From Actinomycetota bacterium (GTDB taxonomy: Bacteria > Actinomycetota > Acidimicrobiia > Spongiisociales > UBA4744): DNA of 64,000 bases. Position numbers and translations under genes: made by a program. Shown here piece by piece: positions 10,785 to 20,838 of this stretch. The notes beneath the pieces are model-generated. The model ran no database searches. It had not been told where the DNA came from and worked only from the letters and a program-made list of their open reading frames with translations. Positions within the stretch are counted from its first letter, which is position 1; the number at the start of each line of letters is the position of its first letter. Where the stretch lies: contig JAADGS010000074.1 in NCBI GenBank assembly GCA_013152275.1, forward strand, positions 1-64,000. The letters run 5' to 3'.

Positions 10785-11815
10785 GGCATCCACCCTGCTC
10801 GTGGTAGTCCCGTGGCTTCGGGAAGACCGAACATCACGTTCGCCGCCTGGACGGCCTGTCCCGCAGCACCTTTGAGGAGGTTGTCGATCACCGACAACAC
10901 CACCGCCTGATCCGTACGTTCATCGACGTACGCCGTGACCATGGCTCTGTTCGATCCGACGACCCAACGCGTCTGGGGGGCTTCCTGCACAACATCGATG
11001 AACTCAGTGTCACGATAGGTCTCCTCCAATCCACCGAGAAGATCACCCCGGGTCTGCGCCCGGGCAAGGGGAACGGTGCATGTCGCGAGGATGCCCCGCA
11101 GCATAGGCACCAGATGGGGTGTAAATGTCACCTTCATTGGCGTTCCTGTCGCCAATTCCAGGCCCATCTCTATCTCCGGCCTGTGGCGATGCCCGGCTAC
11201 ACCATATGCACGGACTCCTTCGTCGACTTCCCCGAACAGAAGGTCGGCCCGAAGGGCTCTTCCGGCGCCCGTCACGCCGGACAGGGCATTCACCACGATT
11301 CCCTCCGACGCGACCAGGCCGGCGCGCACCAGCGGTATCAACCCGATGAGCGCCGCGGTCGGATAGCAGCCGGGAGCCGCCACGAGACGCGAGCCCGTGA
11401 CGTCGAAGAGTTCGGGCAGACCGTAGGTCCATGCGGGGAGAGACTTGGGAGCCGGATGCCGGGATCCGTACGCCAGTTCGTAACGCTCGCCCGTGTCCAT
11501 ACGGAAGTCACTCCCGAGATCCACGACCCTCGGTCCCCGCTTCGCCAGCTCCAGTCCGGGTCCGGCCGAGGCGCCGTGCGGCAGGGCCAGGAATGCCAGG
11601 TCGACCTCAGGTACGACCGCAGGGTCGACAGGGCCCAGCATGCGGTCCGGGTCGGCAAGATGTGGGTGCACATCCCCGAGCCTGCTCCCGGCTCGGCTAT
11701 GCGCTCCAAGGTAGACGACCTCGAACTCCGGGTGGGTGTCGAGAAGGCGCACCAGTTCACCCCCTCCGTATCCGGAGGCCCCAAGAATCGCCACGGAGAT
11801 CGATGGACCCGACAT
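10781..11815 (-). CDS. argC: N-acetyl-gamma-glutamyl-phosphate reductase
   Basis: GASGYGG, PGCYPTA catalytic Cys, HRHRPEI, DNLLKGAAGQAVQ. Confidence 0.97.
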   Translation of the reverse strand: MSGPSISVAILGASGYGGGELVRLLDTHPEFEVVYLGAHSRAGSRLGDVHPHLADPDRMLGPVDPAVVPEVDLAFLALPHGASAGPGLELAKRGPRVVDLGSDFRMDTGERYELAYGSRHPAPKSLPAWTYGLPELFDVTGSRLVAAPGCYPTAALIGLIPLVRAGLVASEGIVVNALSGVTGAGRALRADLLFGEVDEGVRAYGVAGHRHRPEIEMGLELATGTPMKVTFTPHLVPMLRGILATCTVPLARAQTRGDLLGGLEETYRDTEFIDVVQEAPQTRWVVGSNRAMVTAYVDERTDQAVVLSVIDNLLKGAAGQAVQAANVMFGLPEATGLPRAGWMP

Positions 11816-11824
11816 AAGGACAAG

Positions 11825-11853
11825 ACTATACGTATGTATGTATTCTTATGCAA
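11825..11853 (-). promoter_or_regulatory. sigma70-type promoter overlapping ARG box upstream of argC
   Basis: Minus strand TTGCAT-N17-TATAGT, 9 nt before the argC ATG; contains TGCATAAGAATACA (ARG-box-like). Same geometry as the argR promoter. Confidence 0.8.
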
Positions 11854-13245
11854 TCAGCTTCCGCCCGCAGCTCTCTCGGTCGACCATTCCTTCACGAGCC
11901 GGTACGCCTCTTCCTCGGAGTAGGGACCATGCTCGATCCGGTATTCGGTGAGCATGCGTATCACGTCGCCGACAGCCGGCCCTGGCGGAATTCCCAGGAA
12001 TCGCATCACATCGTTTCCGTCGATCGGAGGCCGGAGTGCGTCGAGCTCTTCTTTCTTGCGAAGCTCCGCTATTCGCTCCTCGAGTTCGTCGATTCGCTTC
12101 TGGATGGCCCTTGCTCGGGCAGCGTTGCGAGTGGTGATGTCGCATCGCACCAACTGGTTGAGGTCTTCCAGCAGAGGTCCGGCATCACGAACGTATCTAC
12201 GCACGGCCGAGTCCGTCCATCCCATCTTGAAGGTGTGCGGCCGCAGGTGAAGAAAGATCAGACGCGAGACATTCTCGACCTCGCTTTTCTTGAACCGCAG
12301 CTCCTGCAGGCGCTCTCTCGCCATTCGAGCGCCGACGACCTCGTGGTGATGAAACGTCACGCCACCGTCGCCGAACTCTCTCGTTTGCGGCTTGCCGACG
12401 TCGTGTAACAACGCGGCGAGCCGGAGTTCCAACTTCGGTTCGCATTTATCGACGACGGCGAGCGTGTGCGCGAGGACATCTTTGTGGCGATGGAGAGGAT
12501 CTCGTGCCGCCGCGAGCGCGGCGACCTCTGGCAGGAACTCCCCAGCGAGGCCACTGGTCACCATCGCTGCGAGAGCCTCCCCGGGCTTCGGAGCCACCAG
12601 GAGTCGTGAAAGCTCGTCGCGGATCCGCTCGGCAGAAATGATCTCCAATCTCCCGTGCATCCGAGTGACCGCTCCGAGCGCGCTCTCGGACGGTTCGAAC
12701 CCAAGCGTGGCCATGAACCTGAAGAGCCGCAGCATCCGCAACGGATCATCCGAGAAAGAGATCTCCGGTCCCAACGGTGTCCGCAACACCCCCCGGTGCA
12801 GGTCGGCCAAGCCTCCGTGCGGATCGATCATCTCCGGATCCGGCAGCAGCTTGAGTGCGACGGCATTCACCGTGAAGTCTCGTCGTGAGAGATCCGTCTC
12901 GAGGTCTTCGGAGAACTCCACCCTCGGTTTGCGGCTCTGGTCCCGGTATACCTCGCGACGAAACGTGGTGATCTCATGTGTCACGCCCCCCTTGACCACG
13001 CCGATGGTCCCAAACGCCTCCCCGACGGTGAACGTCGAGTCCGCCCACCCTTTCACGATTTCGAGGATCTGGTCCGGTCGAGCATCGGTGGCGAAATCGA
13101 GATCGGTGTGCTCACGTCCGAGTAACAGGTCTCGCACCGAACCCCCGACCAGATACAGGCGAAACCCCGCCTCCATGAAGCGCTGCGAGATCTGGTGCGG
13201 AGTCCGATCTGTGTCGAGGAACCAGCTGAGACGTTCCGGAATCAT
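11854..13245 (-). CDS. cca: CCA tRNA nucleotidyltransferase (class II, HD domain)
   Basis: VGGSVRD, DLDF, RRDFTVNA, DDPLRMLR, LLHDVGKP. Start ATG 13245 has TATCCT 7 nt upstream; the ORF extends to 13272. Confidence 0.92.
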   Translation of the reverse strand: MIPERLSWFLDTDRTPHQISQRFMEAGFRLYLVGGSVRDLLLGREHTDLDFATDARPDQILEIVKGWADSTFTVGEAFGTIGVVKGGVTHEITTFRREVYRDQSRKPRVEFSEDLETDLSRRDFTVNAVALKLLPDPEMIDPHGGLADLHRGVLRTPLGPEISFSDDPLRMLRLFRFMATLGFEPSESALGAVTRMHGRLEIISAERIRDELSRLLVAPKPGEALAAMVTSGLAGEFLPEVAALAAARDPLHRHKDVLAHTLAVVDKCEPKLELRLAALLHDVGKPQTREFGDGGVTFHHHEVVGARMARERLQELRFKKSEVENVSRLIFLHLRPHTFKMGWTDSAVRRYVRDAGPLLEDLNQLVRCDITTRNAARARAIQKRIDELEERIAELRKKEELDALRPPIDGNDVMRFLGIPPGPAVGDVIRMLTEYRIEHGPYSEEEAYRLVKEWSTERAAGGS

Positions 13246-13307
13246 CGCGTGCAGGATAGGCGGGAGGCGCACGATCGCCGCCCCCCGCCTCGCTCCCTAC
13301 TCCATCA

Positions 13308-14390
13308 TTACGCCCGGATGAGGCCCAACTGTTCGATTTGCACACGAAAATCGTGCGGGTTGCTTGCCGAGCCGACCGCTTCCTGATAGCTGATCATGTC
13401 CTTCTTGAACAACTCGAGAATCGCCTGATCGAACGATTGCATGCCGTAGAAGTCTCCCTCTTTGATCACGTCGGCGAGCGTATGCGTGCTCTTCTCATCG
13501 ACAATGCGATCAAAGACCCGAGCATTCATCGTCAACACCTCGACCGCGGGGACTCGCCCGTGCCCGTCGGCCCGGTCGAGAAGGCGCATGCTGACGACGC
13601 CGCGCAATGTTCCCGCGATGAGGAGTCGTATCTGCTTCTGCTGGTACGGTGGAAAGAAGTCGACAATGCGACTGATCGTCTCCGTCGCGTCGATCGTATG
13701 CAGTGACGACAGCACCAGATGTCCGGTCTCGGCGGCCTTCAGCGCCGCGCGGACCGTCTCGGCATCCCTCATCTCACCGATCATGATGATGTCGGGGTCT
13801 TGCCGCAAAACGCGTTTCAGCGCCTCTGCGAAATCGTCGGTGTCCACACCTATCTCACGTTGGGAAACCATGCCCAGTTTGTCCGAGTGCAACACTTCGA
13901 TCGGATCTTCGATCGTCAGGATATTGACCCGCTTCGTCGAGTTGATGTGGTCGATCATTGCGGCCAACGTTGTCGTTTTGCCGGAGCCGGTCGGTCCCGT
14001 AACGAGCACAAGGCCTCGAGGCTCCGAGGCCAGCTTCTCCAGCACGGGCGGCAGCCCGAGCTCCTCGAAGCCGGGACTCTCCGACAGCACCCTGCGAATG
14101 ACGACCGAGACCGATCCACGCTGTCGGTACACATTGACCCTGAACCTTCCGAGTCTCGACTTGCCATACGCGAAGTCGGCTTCCCCCGTGGCTCGAAACT
14201 CCTCTGCAGCCCGATCGCTGAACACCGCCTCTGCGAAGGCTTCCGTGTCCGGAGGAGTCAGTGTCGGCAGACTCGTAGGATGCAACTCTCCATCGATGCG
14301 CATCACCGGGGGAGATCCGACCTTCAAGTGAAGATCGGAAGCGTCCACTTCTCGCATTCTTGCCAACAACTCATCGATCGGTACGGCCAT
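13308..14390 (-). CDS. PilT/PilU family type IV pilus retraction ATPase
   Basis: ASDLHL, GPTGSGKTTT Walker A, TIEDPIE, LRQDPD, GEMRD, AETGHLV. Start ATG 14390 or GTG 14396 after GAGGAA. Confidence 0.93.
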   Translation of the reverse strand: MAVPIDELLARMREVDASDLHLKVGSPPVMRIDGELHPTSLPTLTPPDTEAFAEAVFSDRAAEEFRATGEADFAYGKSRLGRFRVNVYRQRGSVSVVIRRVLSESPGFEELGLPPVLEKLASEPRGLVLVTGPTGSGKTTTLAAMIDHINSTKRVNILTIEDPIEVLHSDKLGMVSQREIGVDTDDFAEALKRVLRQDPDIIMIGEMRDAETVRAALKAAETGHLVLSSLHTIDATETISRIVDFFPPYQQKQIRLLIAGTLRGVVSMRLLDRADGHGRVPAVEVLTMNARVFDRIVDEKSTHTLADVIKEGDFYGMQSFDQAILELFKKDMISYQEAVGSASNPHDFRVQIEQLGLIRA

Positions 14391-14467
14391 GCTCACTTCC
14401 TCGAACCACGCACCATCAGGTATCGGCAGTGCTCCGCGTTCCTTGACCTCCTTGACCCCAGTGCCCG

Positions 14468-15478
14468 TCACAGTTTCCAGTACGGTCGCTGCGCCTCCAT
14501 GAGTAGATCCAGGATCCTCCACGCTCCGTCCGGCGATTGCAGGTGCTCACTTGAAAGAGGGGGCTCACCGGCAAGCCCGGCGATGGTCGCCGTCACCGAC
14601 CGTTCCATCGCCGCGAGGTTGTACCCGCCCTCCAAGAAGAGGATCAGCCGCCGGTCGGGAGACGCTGCACGGACCGCCGACGCCATCATCTGGTAGTCGC
14701 TCTCGAGGAGTGATGCCTCCCCTATCGGATCTTCGCGATGGCCGTCATAGCCGGCACTGATCAGCACCCAGTCGGGCTCGAACTGTTCGAGGATCGGGAT
14801 CACGGCCCGTGTAAATGCTTCGGAGTACACATCTCCCGCCGTGTGCACCGGCACCGATATGTTCACGGTCGTCCCCGCTCCAGGGCCTACCCCGACCTCT
14901 TCGACCCATCCGGTTCCCGGGTAGAAAGGGAACTGGTGCAATGACACATACAAGACACCCGGGTCCATCAAGAAGGCATCCTGTGTTGCATTGCCGTGAT
15001 GAATATCCCAATCGACGATCGCGACGCGCTCTCCTTCGTCGGCAAGCATGCGGGCTGTGATCGCAATGTTGTTGAACAGGCAGAATCCCATCGCTCTGTC
15101 TGCAAGTGCATGATGTCCCGGCGGTCGAATGGCGAGGAAGGCCACCTCCGCATCCCCTGTACGCAGCCGTTCCACGGCGGCAGGACCTGCCCCGGCAGCT
15201 CGTAACGCAGCCTCCCAACTCCCCGGCCCCGCCGGTGTGTCCGGATCCAACTCCACCCGGCCATCCATCGAGGTCCTGCGCACCATCTCGATGTAGTCCG
15301 GTCGGTGTACGGCGCGGAGCGCAACGGGGTCGATCATCGGCGAATCCATTCCCACCACTTCCAGACGGCCCGACTGCACCCCGCGAATGACCGCAGCCAG
15401 TCGCTCCGACCGTTCCGGATGCCATGGTCCCGTATCGTGTCGAAGCATCGCTTCGTGGGTGACCAGCAACACTCGCAT
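14468..15478 (-). CDS. Zn-dependent histone deacetylase family protein
   Basis: HPERSERL, RPPGHHA, GFCLFNN, DWDIHHGN, SAGYDGH, LEGGY. Confidence 0.95.
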   Translation of the reverse strand: MRVLLVTHEAMLRHDTGPWHPERSERLAAVIRGVQSGRLEVVGMDSPMIDPVALRAVHRPDYIEMVRRTSMDGRVELDPDTPAGPGSWEAALRAAGAGPAAVERLRTGDAEVAFLAIRPPGHHALADRAMGFCLFNNIAITARMLADEGERVAIVDWDIHHGNATQDAFLMDPGVLYVSLHQFPFYPGTGWVEEVGVGPGAGTTVNISVPVHTAGDVYSEAFTRAVIPILEQFEPDWVLISAGYDGHREDPIGEASLLESDYQMMASAVRAASPDRRLILFLEGGYNLAAMERSVTATIAGLAGEPPLSSEHLQSPDGAWRILDLLMEAQRPYWKL

Positions 15479-15540
15479 CCCCCTACTTTGGCAGACGCGA
15501 TGACGATCACAGTACGATTCGCCCATGACTGGGAGCCACG

Positions 15541-16242
15541 ATGCGACACACTGGTGAGTGGCCCGGAAGCATCATCTTGCGTCATGGCCTGTCGAAGGCC
15601 ACTGCTCGGCCATGGAACAGGGATGTCCCGGACGCTCATCTCACCCTGATACGAGGCACGGCGGGCTTCCTCGCGGAATGCGCCAATCATCTCCAGGCAA
15701 TGGGCATTCCTGCTGTCGCGTCATCACCGCTGCCGCCATCCGCGGCTCGCCTGTGGAAAGAAGCCGGGTATCAGCCATTCAAGCGTCTCGACGTATTCGG
15801 CAGAAGACTCGAGGGAGATTTCCCGGACCCCGCCATCGCAGTCACTGCGGAACGAACACCAGACTGGGATGCCGTCGAGCGAGTCGATCGAGATTCCTTC
15901 GAACCCTTCTGGCGTCTGGACACCGGCGGGCTTCAAGACGCGTTCACAGCCACTCCCCGCTCCGTGTTGCTGACGGCCGGCGCTCCGGACCTGCTCGGAT
16001 TCTCCATCGTCGGAGTCGGTTCGATCGCCGGCTATCTCCAGCGAATCGCCGTAACCCCCGCTGCGCAGGGGCATGGCCTGGGCCGCTCACTCGTTCGAGC
16101 TTCCATGCGCTGGGCTCACCACCACGGCGCCAAGGAGATGCTGCTCAATGCTCTGCCCAACAACGAGACCGCTTCCGGTCTGTACATCAACGAGGGGTTC
16201 TCTCAACTCGACGACCACCTCCACATCCTTCGAAAGGCTTGA
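15541..16242 (+). CDS. GNAT family N-acetyltransferase
   Basis: LQRIAVTPAAQGHGLGRSL acetyl-CoA motif A; N..A..LY...GF motif B. Confidence 0.88.
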   Translation: MRHTGEWPGSIILRHGLSKATARPWNRDVPDAHLTLIRGTAGFLAECANHLQAMGIPAVASSPLPPSAARLWKEAGYQPFKRLDVFGRRLEGDFPDPAIAVTAERTPDWDAVERVDRDSFEPFWRLDTGGLQDAFTATPRSVLLTAGAPDLLGFSIVGVGSIAGYLQRIAVTPAAQGHGLGRSLVRASMRWAHHHGAKEMLLNALPNNETASGLYINEGFSQLDDHLHILRKA

Positions 16243-16251
16243 CACAACCAC

Positions 16252-16831
16252 ATGATCCGAGTCGTGATCGACTCCACCTGCGACTTCCCCCAGGAGATCG
16301 TCGTCATCAGCCCCTCCTCACAACGCTCCGTCACCTATCCGGCGCCGCGCGTGGCTTCAGGACAGATGACGTCCATACCCGTCCGGGTCATCGATTCGAA
16401 GAGTTCGACGACCGGCTTGGGATTCCGGACACCCGAAGCCGCTCGGGCCGCCGCGAGTGGGGGCGATCTCGCCCAGGTGGACGATGCAGCCCCGGATGCG
16501 GTGCCAAAGACGAAGCTCTTCGCAACGGCCCTCCGGATCAAGACCGATGATCGAACCCGCCGAAGGAGTGGTGGTTCCTGCCCACCGGGTCCGAACGCGT
16601 GCAAAGGCCCTGGCCACCGTTGTGGATCGAACCGTCGACATCGGTGTAAGCCTTGAAGAGGCGGCCATCCTCCACGCGGATGTCCGAGAGGAAGCAAAGC
16701 GTCTCGCCGCCCGACCGGAGGCCTCCTCTCCCGTCTCCATCGCGGAGATCGGCCCGGTCATCGGAACACACTCCGGACCCGGAACCATCGGAGCCGCGTA
16801 TCGGGTCCGCCGTGTTCCGCTCTACACGTAG
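16252..16831 (+). pseudogene. DegV/FakB fatty-acid-binding protein remnant (internal deletions and frameshift)
   Basis: N-terminal IRVVIDSTCD and VIDSKS..GLG motifs in one frame; C-terminal RVRT..KA and IGPVIGTHSGPGTIG in another; only ~580 nt. Confidence 0.78.
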
Positions 16832-17652
16832 GATCGCCATGAATGGCGAGGTTGGTATCCGAGAACCGCCCGGGCCTTGTCGATCGACAGCAGCGTCTCG
16901 AACCCTTCGACCGGCCGTGTGAACGGCACGTCGGGGAACATGGCCTCCATCAGCGACCGGCTCGATCGGTTCATGCACGTATCCGCCGCCGCCACGAGGA
17001 ATGCCTGCGCTCCTGCAACCTCGGATTCCAGCGCCAGGCGTGTCGCCTGTGCAACGTCACGCGCATCCACGTACCCCCACAGGTTCCACGCTCGAAGACT
17101 CGGATCATCCCAGAAGCCGGGGAACCGTTCGTAGTCGGATTCCATCATCACGTTCGAGTAGCGAAGCGCAACATACGGTATGCCCGACCACCGGTTGAAC
17201 TGGGTGGCCATCTCTTCGCCGACCAACTTGGCCAGCGCGTAGTGGAACTCGGGCAGCCGCGGGTGCCGTTCGTCGATTGGCACATATCGAGGCTTCTCTC
17301 GCTCAAACGGTATGCCGATGAGTGTTTCGCTCGACGCCCACACGACCCGCTGCACACCCAGCATCGCCGATGCGGAGAACACGTTGTAGGTACTCATCGT
17401 GTTGATACGGAAGGTCTCCCCATCCGGCAGGACGTTCGGAGCGGGAATCGCTGCCAGGTGCACAACGCCGTCGGCGCCCCCCAGGGCTTCAATGGTCTGG
17501 CCCAGGTCGGTCAGATCGGCCACCAAGGTAGGCGCATCGGGATCCAGAGACGCCATCCGGTCCACATTGAGGACTTCGTAATCGTGATCGACAAGTTCCT
17601 GAACGACGTGTACGCCTGCCTTCCCGCTCCCACCGGTAACTACGATCTTCAT
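16822..17652 (-). CDS. NAD-dependent epimerase/dehydratase
   Basis: TGGSGKAG, HLAAIP, YALAK (YxxxK). Start ATG 17652. Confidence 0.92.
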   Translation of the reverse strand: MKIVVTGGSGKAGVHVVQELVDHDYEVLNVDRMASLDPDAPTLVADLTDLGQTIEALGGADGVVHLAAIPAPNVLPDGETFRINTMSTYNVFSASAMLGVQRVVWASSETLIGIPFEREKPRYVPIDERHPRLPEFHYALAKLVGEEMATQFNRWSGIPYVALRYSNVMMESDYERFPGFWDDPSLRAWNLWGYVDARDVAQATRLALESEVAGAQAFLVAAADTCMNRSSRSLMEAMFPDVPFTRPVEGFETLLSIDKARAVLGYQPRHSWRSYV

Positions 17653-17876
17653 ATGGGCATCCTTCCTCGATGCTCTTCCTCGTCCGACATTAGGAGGCTC
17701 GCTTCGCTCGCGGTACCGAGTACCGCCGTGCAGCACCGACCCAAGACGACGGGGCGAGCGCAACGGCCAGGACTTGGCTGCCTCACAACGGGCGCCCCAC
17801 CCTCTCGGGAGAATCCGTGCAAGGGCGCCCTTGCCATATACTGTTTGCCTGTAGGGTTCCCGCTGCAGGAGGCGAC

Positions 17877-19184
17877 ATGCCACCGCCGCTTCCAGATCGC
17901 TATCGGCTCGAGCAGAGACTCGGTCGTGACGGCGATATCGAGGAATGGCTGGCGACCGACACGCTGCTCGATCGACCGGTTCTTATTCGGGCTCTGGGGC
18001 CAGAGACCACGTCCAGTCGCAGAGAGCAGTTCGTGATGTCGCTGCGTGGGGTCTCCGGTGTAGCGCACATGCATCTTGCGAACGTATACACGGCCGCGCA
18101 AGTCGAGGGAGGTGCCTACTCCGTGACCGAGTGGACCGGCGGAGTCACCATGCAGGATCGCCTCAACGGCGGCGAGACCATGACGCCCGAGGAGTTCATC
18201 ACCAACGCCGCCGGTCTGGCCGGTGCTTTGGCGGCAATGCATCGAGCCTCCGTACTGCACGGGATGATCGACCCTTCTGCCGTCAGGTTCTCCAAGGCAC
18301 ATCCCGCCAAACTCGGCGCTTTCGGGCGACTACCGACCTCGACCGATGCCGCTGCCGACGTCGCGGCGCTGGCCGACACACTCCAGATCTGCTTGACCGG
18401 CGACACGGCCGCGTTCGCGCCGCCATCGCAACTCGTCGACGGAGTCTCGCCAACGGTCGACGAGGCGCTTGCAGAGGCACGATCCGGCGTCCTCGATGCT
18501 CGAGGGCTCGCTGCCGCTCTGCAGGCCGCGCCAAACGTGCCGAAGGCTCCCGAGCGCTCCAGTGGCTGGACCTGGCGCTGGCTGACACCCGCCTTCCTAC
18601 TGCTCGCCCTGGCCGCCGGTCTCGTCACCCTCGGCCTTCTTCTCTCCTCCGGATCCGATTCGCCCGCGTTGTTCCCTGCACGGCCGCCGACGTCGACGAC
18701 ACCTGCCACGATTCTCCCCCCGATGACCACGACTTCCACGACGACCCCCCACTCGACTTCGGCTGTCTCCATCATCAAAACCCTCGTGATCGATCCCTAC
18801 GGTGACAACGTGGAACACGATCGCAGCCTTCCCCTACTCACCGATGGGGACATCACGACGTCATGGAGAACCGAGCGTTACTACGATCCCCTTCCGCTCA
18901 TCAAGAAGGGGGTGGGTGTCGCCTTTGTGGTGACCGGTACCCCGGCCACCTTCCGGGCCAAGGCAGTGAGCGATGGCACCACCTACAGTTTGCTGTGGGC
19001 CCAGGAAATCCCGACTGATTTCTCCGGATGGACCCGGATCGCCGGTGGCACCGTTGCCGGCGAGAGCATCTCCCTCCAACTCCCCCGCCGCACCGGAGGT
19101 CTCTGGTTGCTCTGGCTGACCGAGCTGCCCCAGCAGGACGATGGCTACTTCACATCGATCGGCGAAATCGAGTTCGGCTCATGA
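17877..19184 (+). CDS. membrane-anchored Ser/Thr pseudokinase with extracellular beta-sandwich-like domain
   Basis: Kinase-like N-terminus (DRYRL...LG, LDRPVLIR) but VLIR/HGMIDP/GAFG replace VAIK/HRD/DFG; TM helix, Thr/Pro linker; lies just before the ECF sigma gene. GGAGG RBS. Confidence 0.8.
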   Translation: MPPPLPDRYRLEQRLGRDGDIEEWLATDTLLDRPVLIRALGPETTSSRREQFVMSLRGVSGVAHMHLANVYTAAQVEGGAYSVTEWTGGVTMQDRLNGGETMTPEEFITNAAGLAGALAAMHRASVLHGMIDPSAVRFSKAHPAKLGAFGRLPTSTDAAADVAALADTLQICLTGDTAAFAPPSQLVDGVSPTVDEALAEARSGVLDARGLAAALQAAPNVPKAPERSSGWTWRWLTPAFLLLALAAGLVTLGLLLSSGSDSPALFPARPPTSTTPATILPPMTTTSTTTPHSTSAVSIIKTLVIDPYGDNVEHDRSLPLLTDGDITTSWRTERYYDPLPLIKKGVGVAFVVTGTPATFRAKAVSDGTTYSLLWAQEIPTDFSGWTRIAGGTVAGESISLQLPRRTGGLWLLWLTELPQQDDGYFTSIGEIEFGS

Positions 19185-19750
19185 ACAGTGATCAGGTGCT
19201 CCTGGATCGCTTCCTGGCCGGAGACCATCGTGCATTCGACGAATTGATGTTGCGTCATGAGGATCGTGTCTTCGGTCTCGGCCTCCGCATGCTCGGCAAC
19301 CGAGACGATGCCCTCGAGGCAACCCAGGAGACCTTCCTCACCGTCTTCCGTAAAGCCCATCAGTTCTCGGGTCGTTCAACATTCGGAACGTGGCTGTACC
19401 GAGTGGCCATGAACACCTGCTACGACCGTCTTCGCAAGGCCAAGCGCAGACGAACGGTTCCCCTGCCGGAATCCTCGGATCCTCCCGACCTGGCCTCGCA
19501 AGACGCTCTCGTCTCTGCCGAGCTTCGTCCCGACCTCCTGGAGGCGCTCGCATCCCTGCCACCTCAGTTCCGGGCAGCGGTCGTGTTTGTCGACCTCGAA
19601 GACCTTTCCCTCGATGAAGTTGCGCAAATCCTCCAGGTGCCGACCGGCACCGTGAAATCGCGCGTCCACCGGGGCAGAAAACTCCTCGCGGAGACACTCC
19701 GGAACTTTCACGATGTCTCCGCGCATCAAAAGGACGATGACTATGCATGA
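19181..19750 (+). CDS. sigM: ECF RNA polymerase sigma factor (SigM-like by position)
   Basis: DALEATQETFL, FGTWLYRVAMN, GTVKSRVHRGR; position upstream of trxB-trxA. Confidence 0.85.
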   Translation: MNSDQVLLDRFLAGDHRAFDELMLRHEDRVFGLGLRMLGNRDDALEATQETFLTVFRKAHQFSGRSTFGTWLYRVAMNTCYDRLRKAKRRRTVPLPESSDPPDLASQDALVSAELRPDLLEALASLPPQFRAAVVFVDLEDLSLDEVAQILQVPTGTVKSRVHRGRKLLAETLRNFHDVSAHQKDDDYA

Positions 19751-20444
19751 TCACGACATCGAACGCGTTGCAGCCGTCGCCGAAGGCCGGCTCGCCGGAA
19801 GTGATCTCGTCGCTGCCGAGGCCGCCATCGCCTCCTGCGAACACTGCTCCCGCGACCTCGAAGATCAACGCCAGGCGCTCACCTTCATGCGCCAGGCGGT
19901 GAAACCTGCAATGACAGAGATCGAGCGGGCCTCACTTCATCGAGCCATCCGCCGTGCCACCACACCCAAGCCATCACGTTGGCTGCGCCTCGCTCCCGCT
20001 TTTGCCGCAGCAGCAGCTCTTGTGATGGTGGTGGGTGTCGCCTCCCTGCTCGGTCGCGGAGGCAGTGTCACTAGCGAGAGTGCCGCCCCCACAATCGCCG
20101 TCTCGACCACGGCGGCCGCCACCAAGGGCGCCGAAGATTCCATCACCTCGCAGGAGAGCGCTCGAGACCTCGGCGTTGCCCCCGCCCCGGCGGCGTTCAC
20201 CTCCGATCTGCGCGAACTCGCCAACCGTCTTCGCGCCGAAAGCTCCCGGTCCACTCCTGAATCTTCCCCCCTCCAGGAGCATGTCTGTGACGCGCAAGCA
20301 TTACAGGAAGCGACCCGACCCGCCGTCGCCGTCGCCTACGTCACGGTCGATGATCGTGACGCACTGCTCTACGTCTATCCGAGAACCGCCCTGATTTTCG
20401 ACGCCGACACCTGCGCCTTGATCCAACGCATCCCAACGCCATAA
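19743..20444 (+). CDS. anti-sigma factor (ZAS-like CxxC, TM helix)
   Basis: AAIASCEHC, then a TM segment; overlaps the sigma factor stop. Confidence 0.8.
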   Translation: MHDHDIERVAAVAEGRLAGSDLVAAEAAIASCEHCSRDLEDQRQALTFMRQAVKPAMTEIERASLHRAIRRATTPKPSRWLRLAPAFAAAAALVMVVGVASLLGRGGSVTSESAAPTIAVSTTAAATKGAEDSITSQESARDLGVAPAPAAFTSDLRELANRLRAESSRSTPESSPLQEHVCDAQALQEATRPAVAVAYVTVDDRDALLYVYPRTALIFDADTCALIQRIPTP

Positions 20445-20553
20445 CGAGATCCGATCGTCTCGGTCGAGAATCTCTCCGAACCCTGGGCTCACGGATGCCC
20501 ACAGGGTCGCTACGTGCCTTGGGTTCGCTGGTGCGGCTATCCTCAGTGGCTCT

Positions 20554-20838
20554 ATGAACGACATGGCCACACGCTTCGCGGACCTCCTCGAGACTGTTGC
20601 CACGAAGATCCGCTCCCTCACGGTCGATCGGCTCGCGCGGGGCATTCGCATCGCCACGGCGGGTCTCGTGGCATTCGTTTTGGCCCTACTGGCGGTCATC
20701 TATCTGATCGTGGCGATCTTTCGCGTCGTCGCCGTCCCCTTGACGATGGAAGGCGCCTACGCGGCATTCGGTGGACTATTCCTTGCCGCCGGAGTGTTCG
20801 TGTGGTTGAAGCGCAACCCCAAGGACGACAATGACTGA
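20554..20838 (+). CDS. small two-TM membrane protein
   Basis: 94 aa, two hydrophobic helices, stop overlaps trxB start. Confidence 0.7.
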   Translation: MNDMATRFADLLETVATKIRSLTVDRLARGIRIATAGLVAFVLALLAVIYLIVAIFRVVAVPLTMEGAYAAFGGLFLAAGVFVWLKRNPKDDND

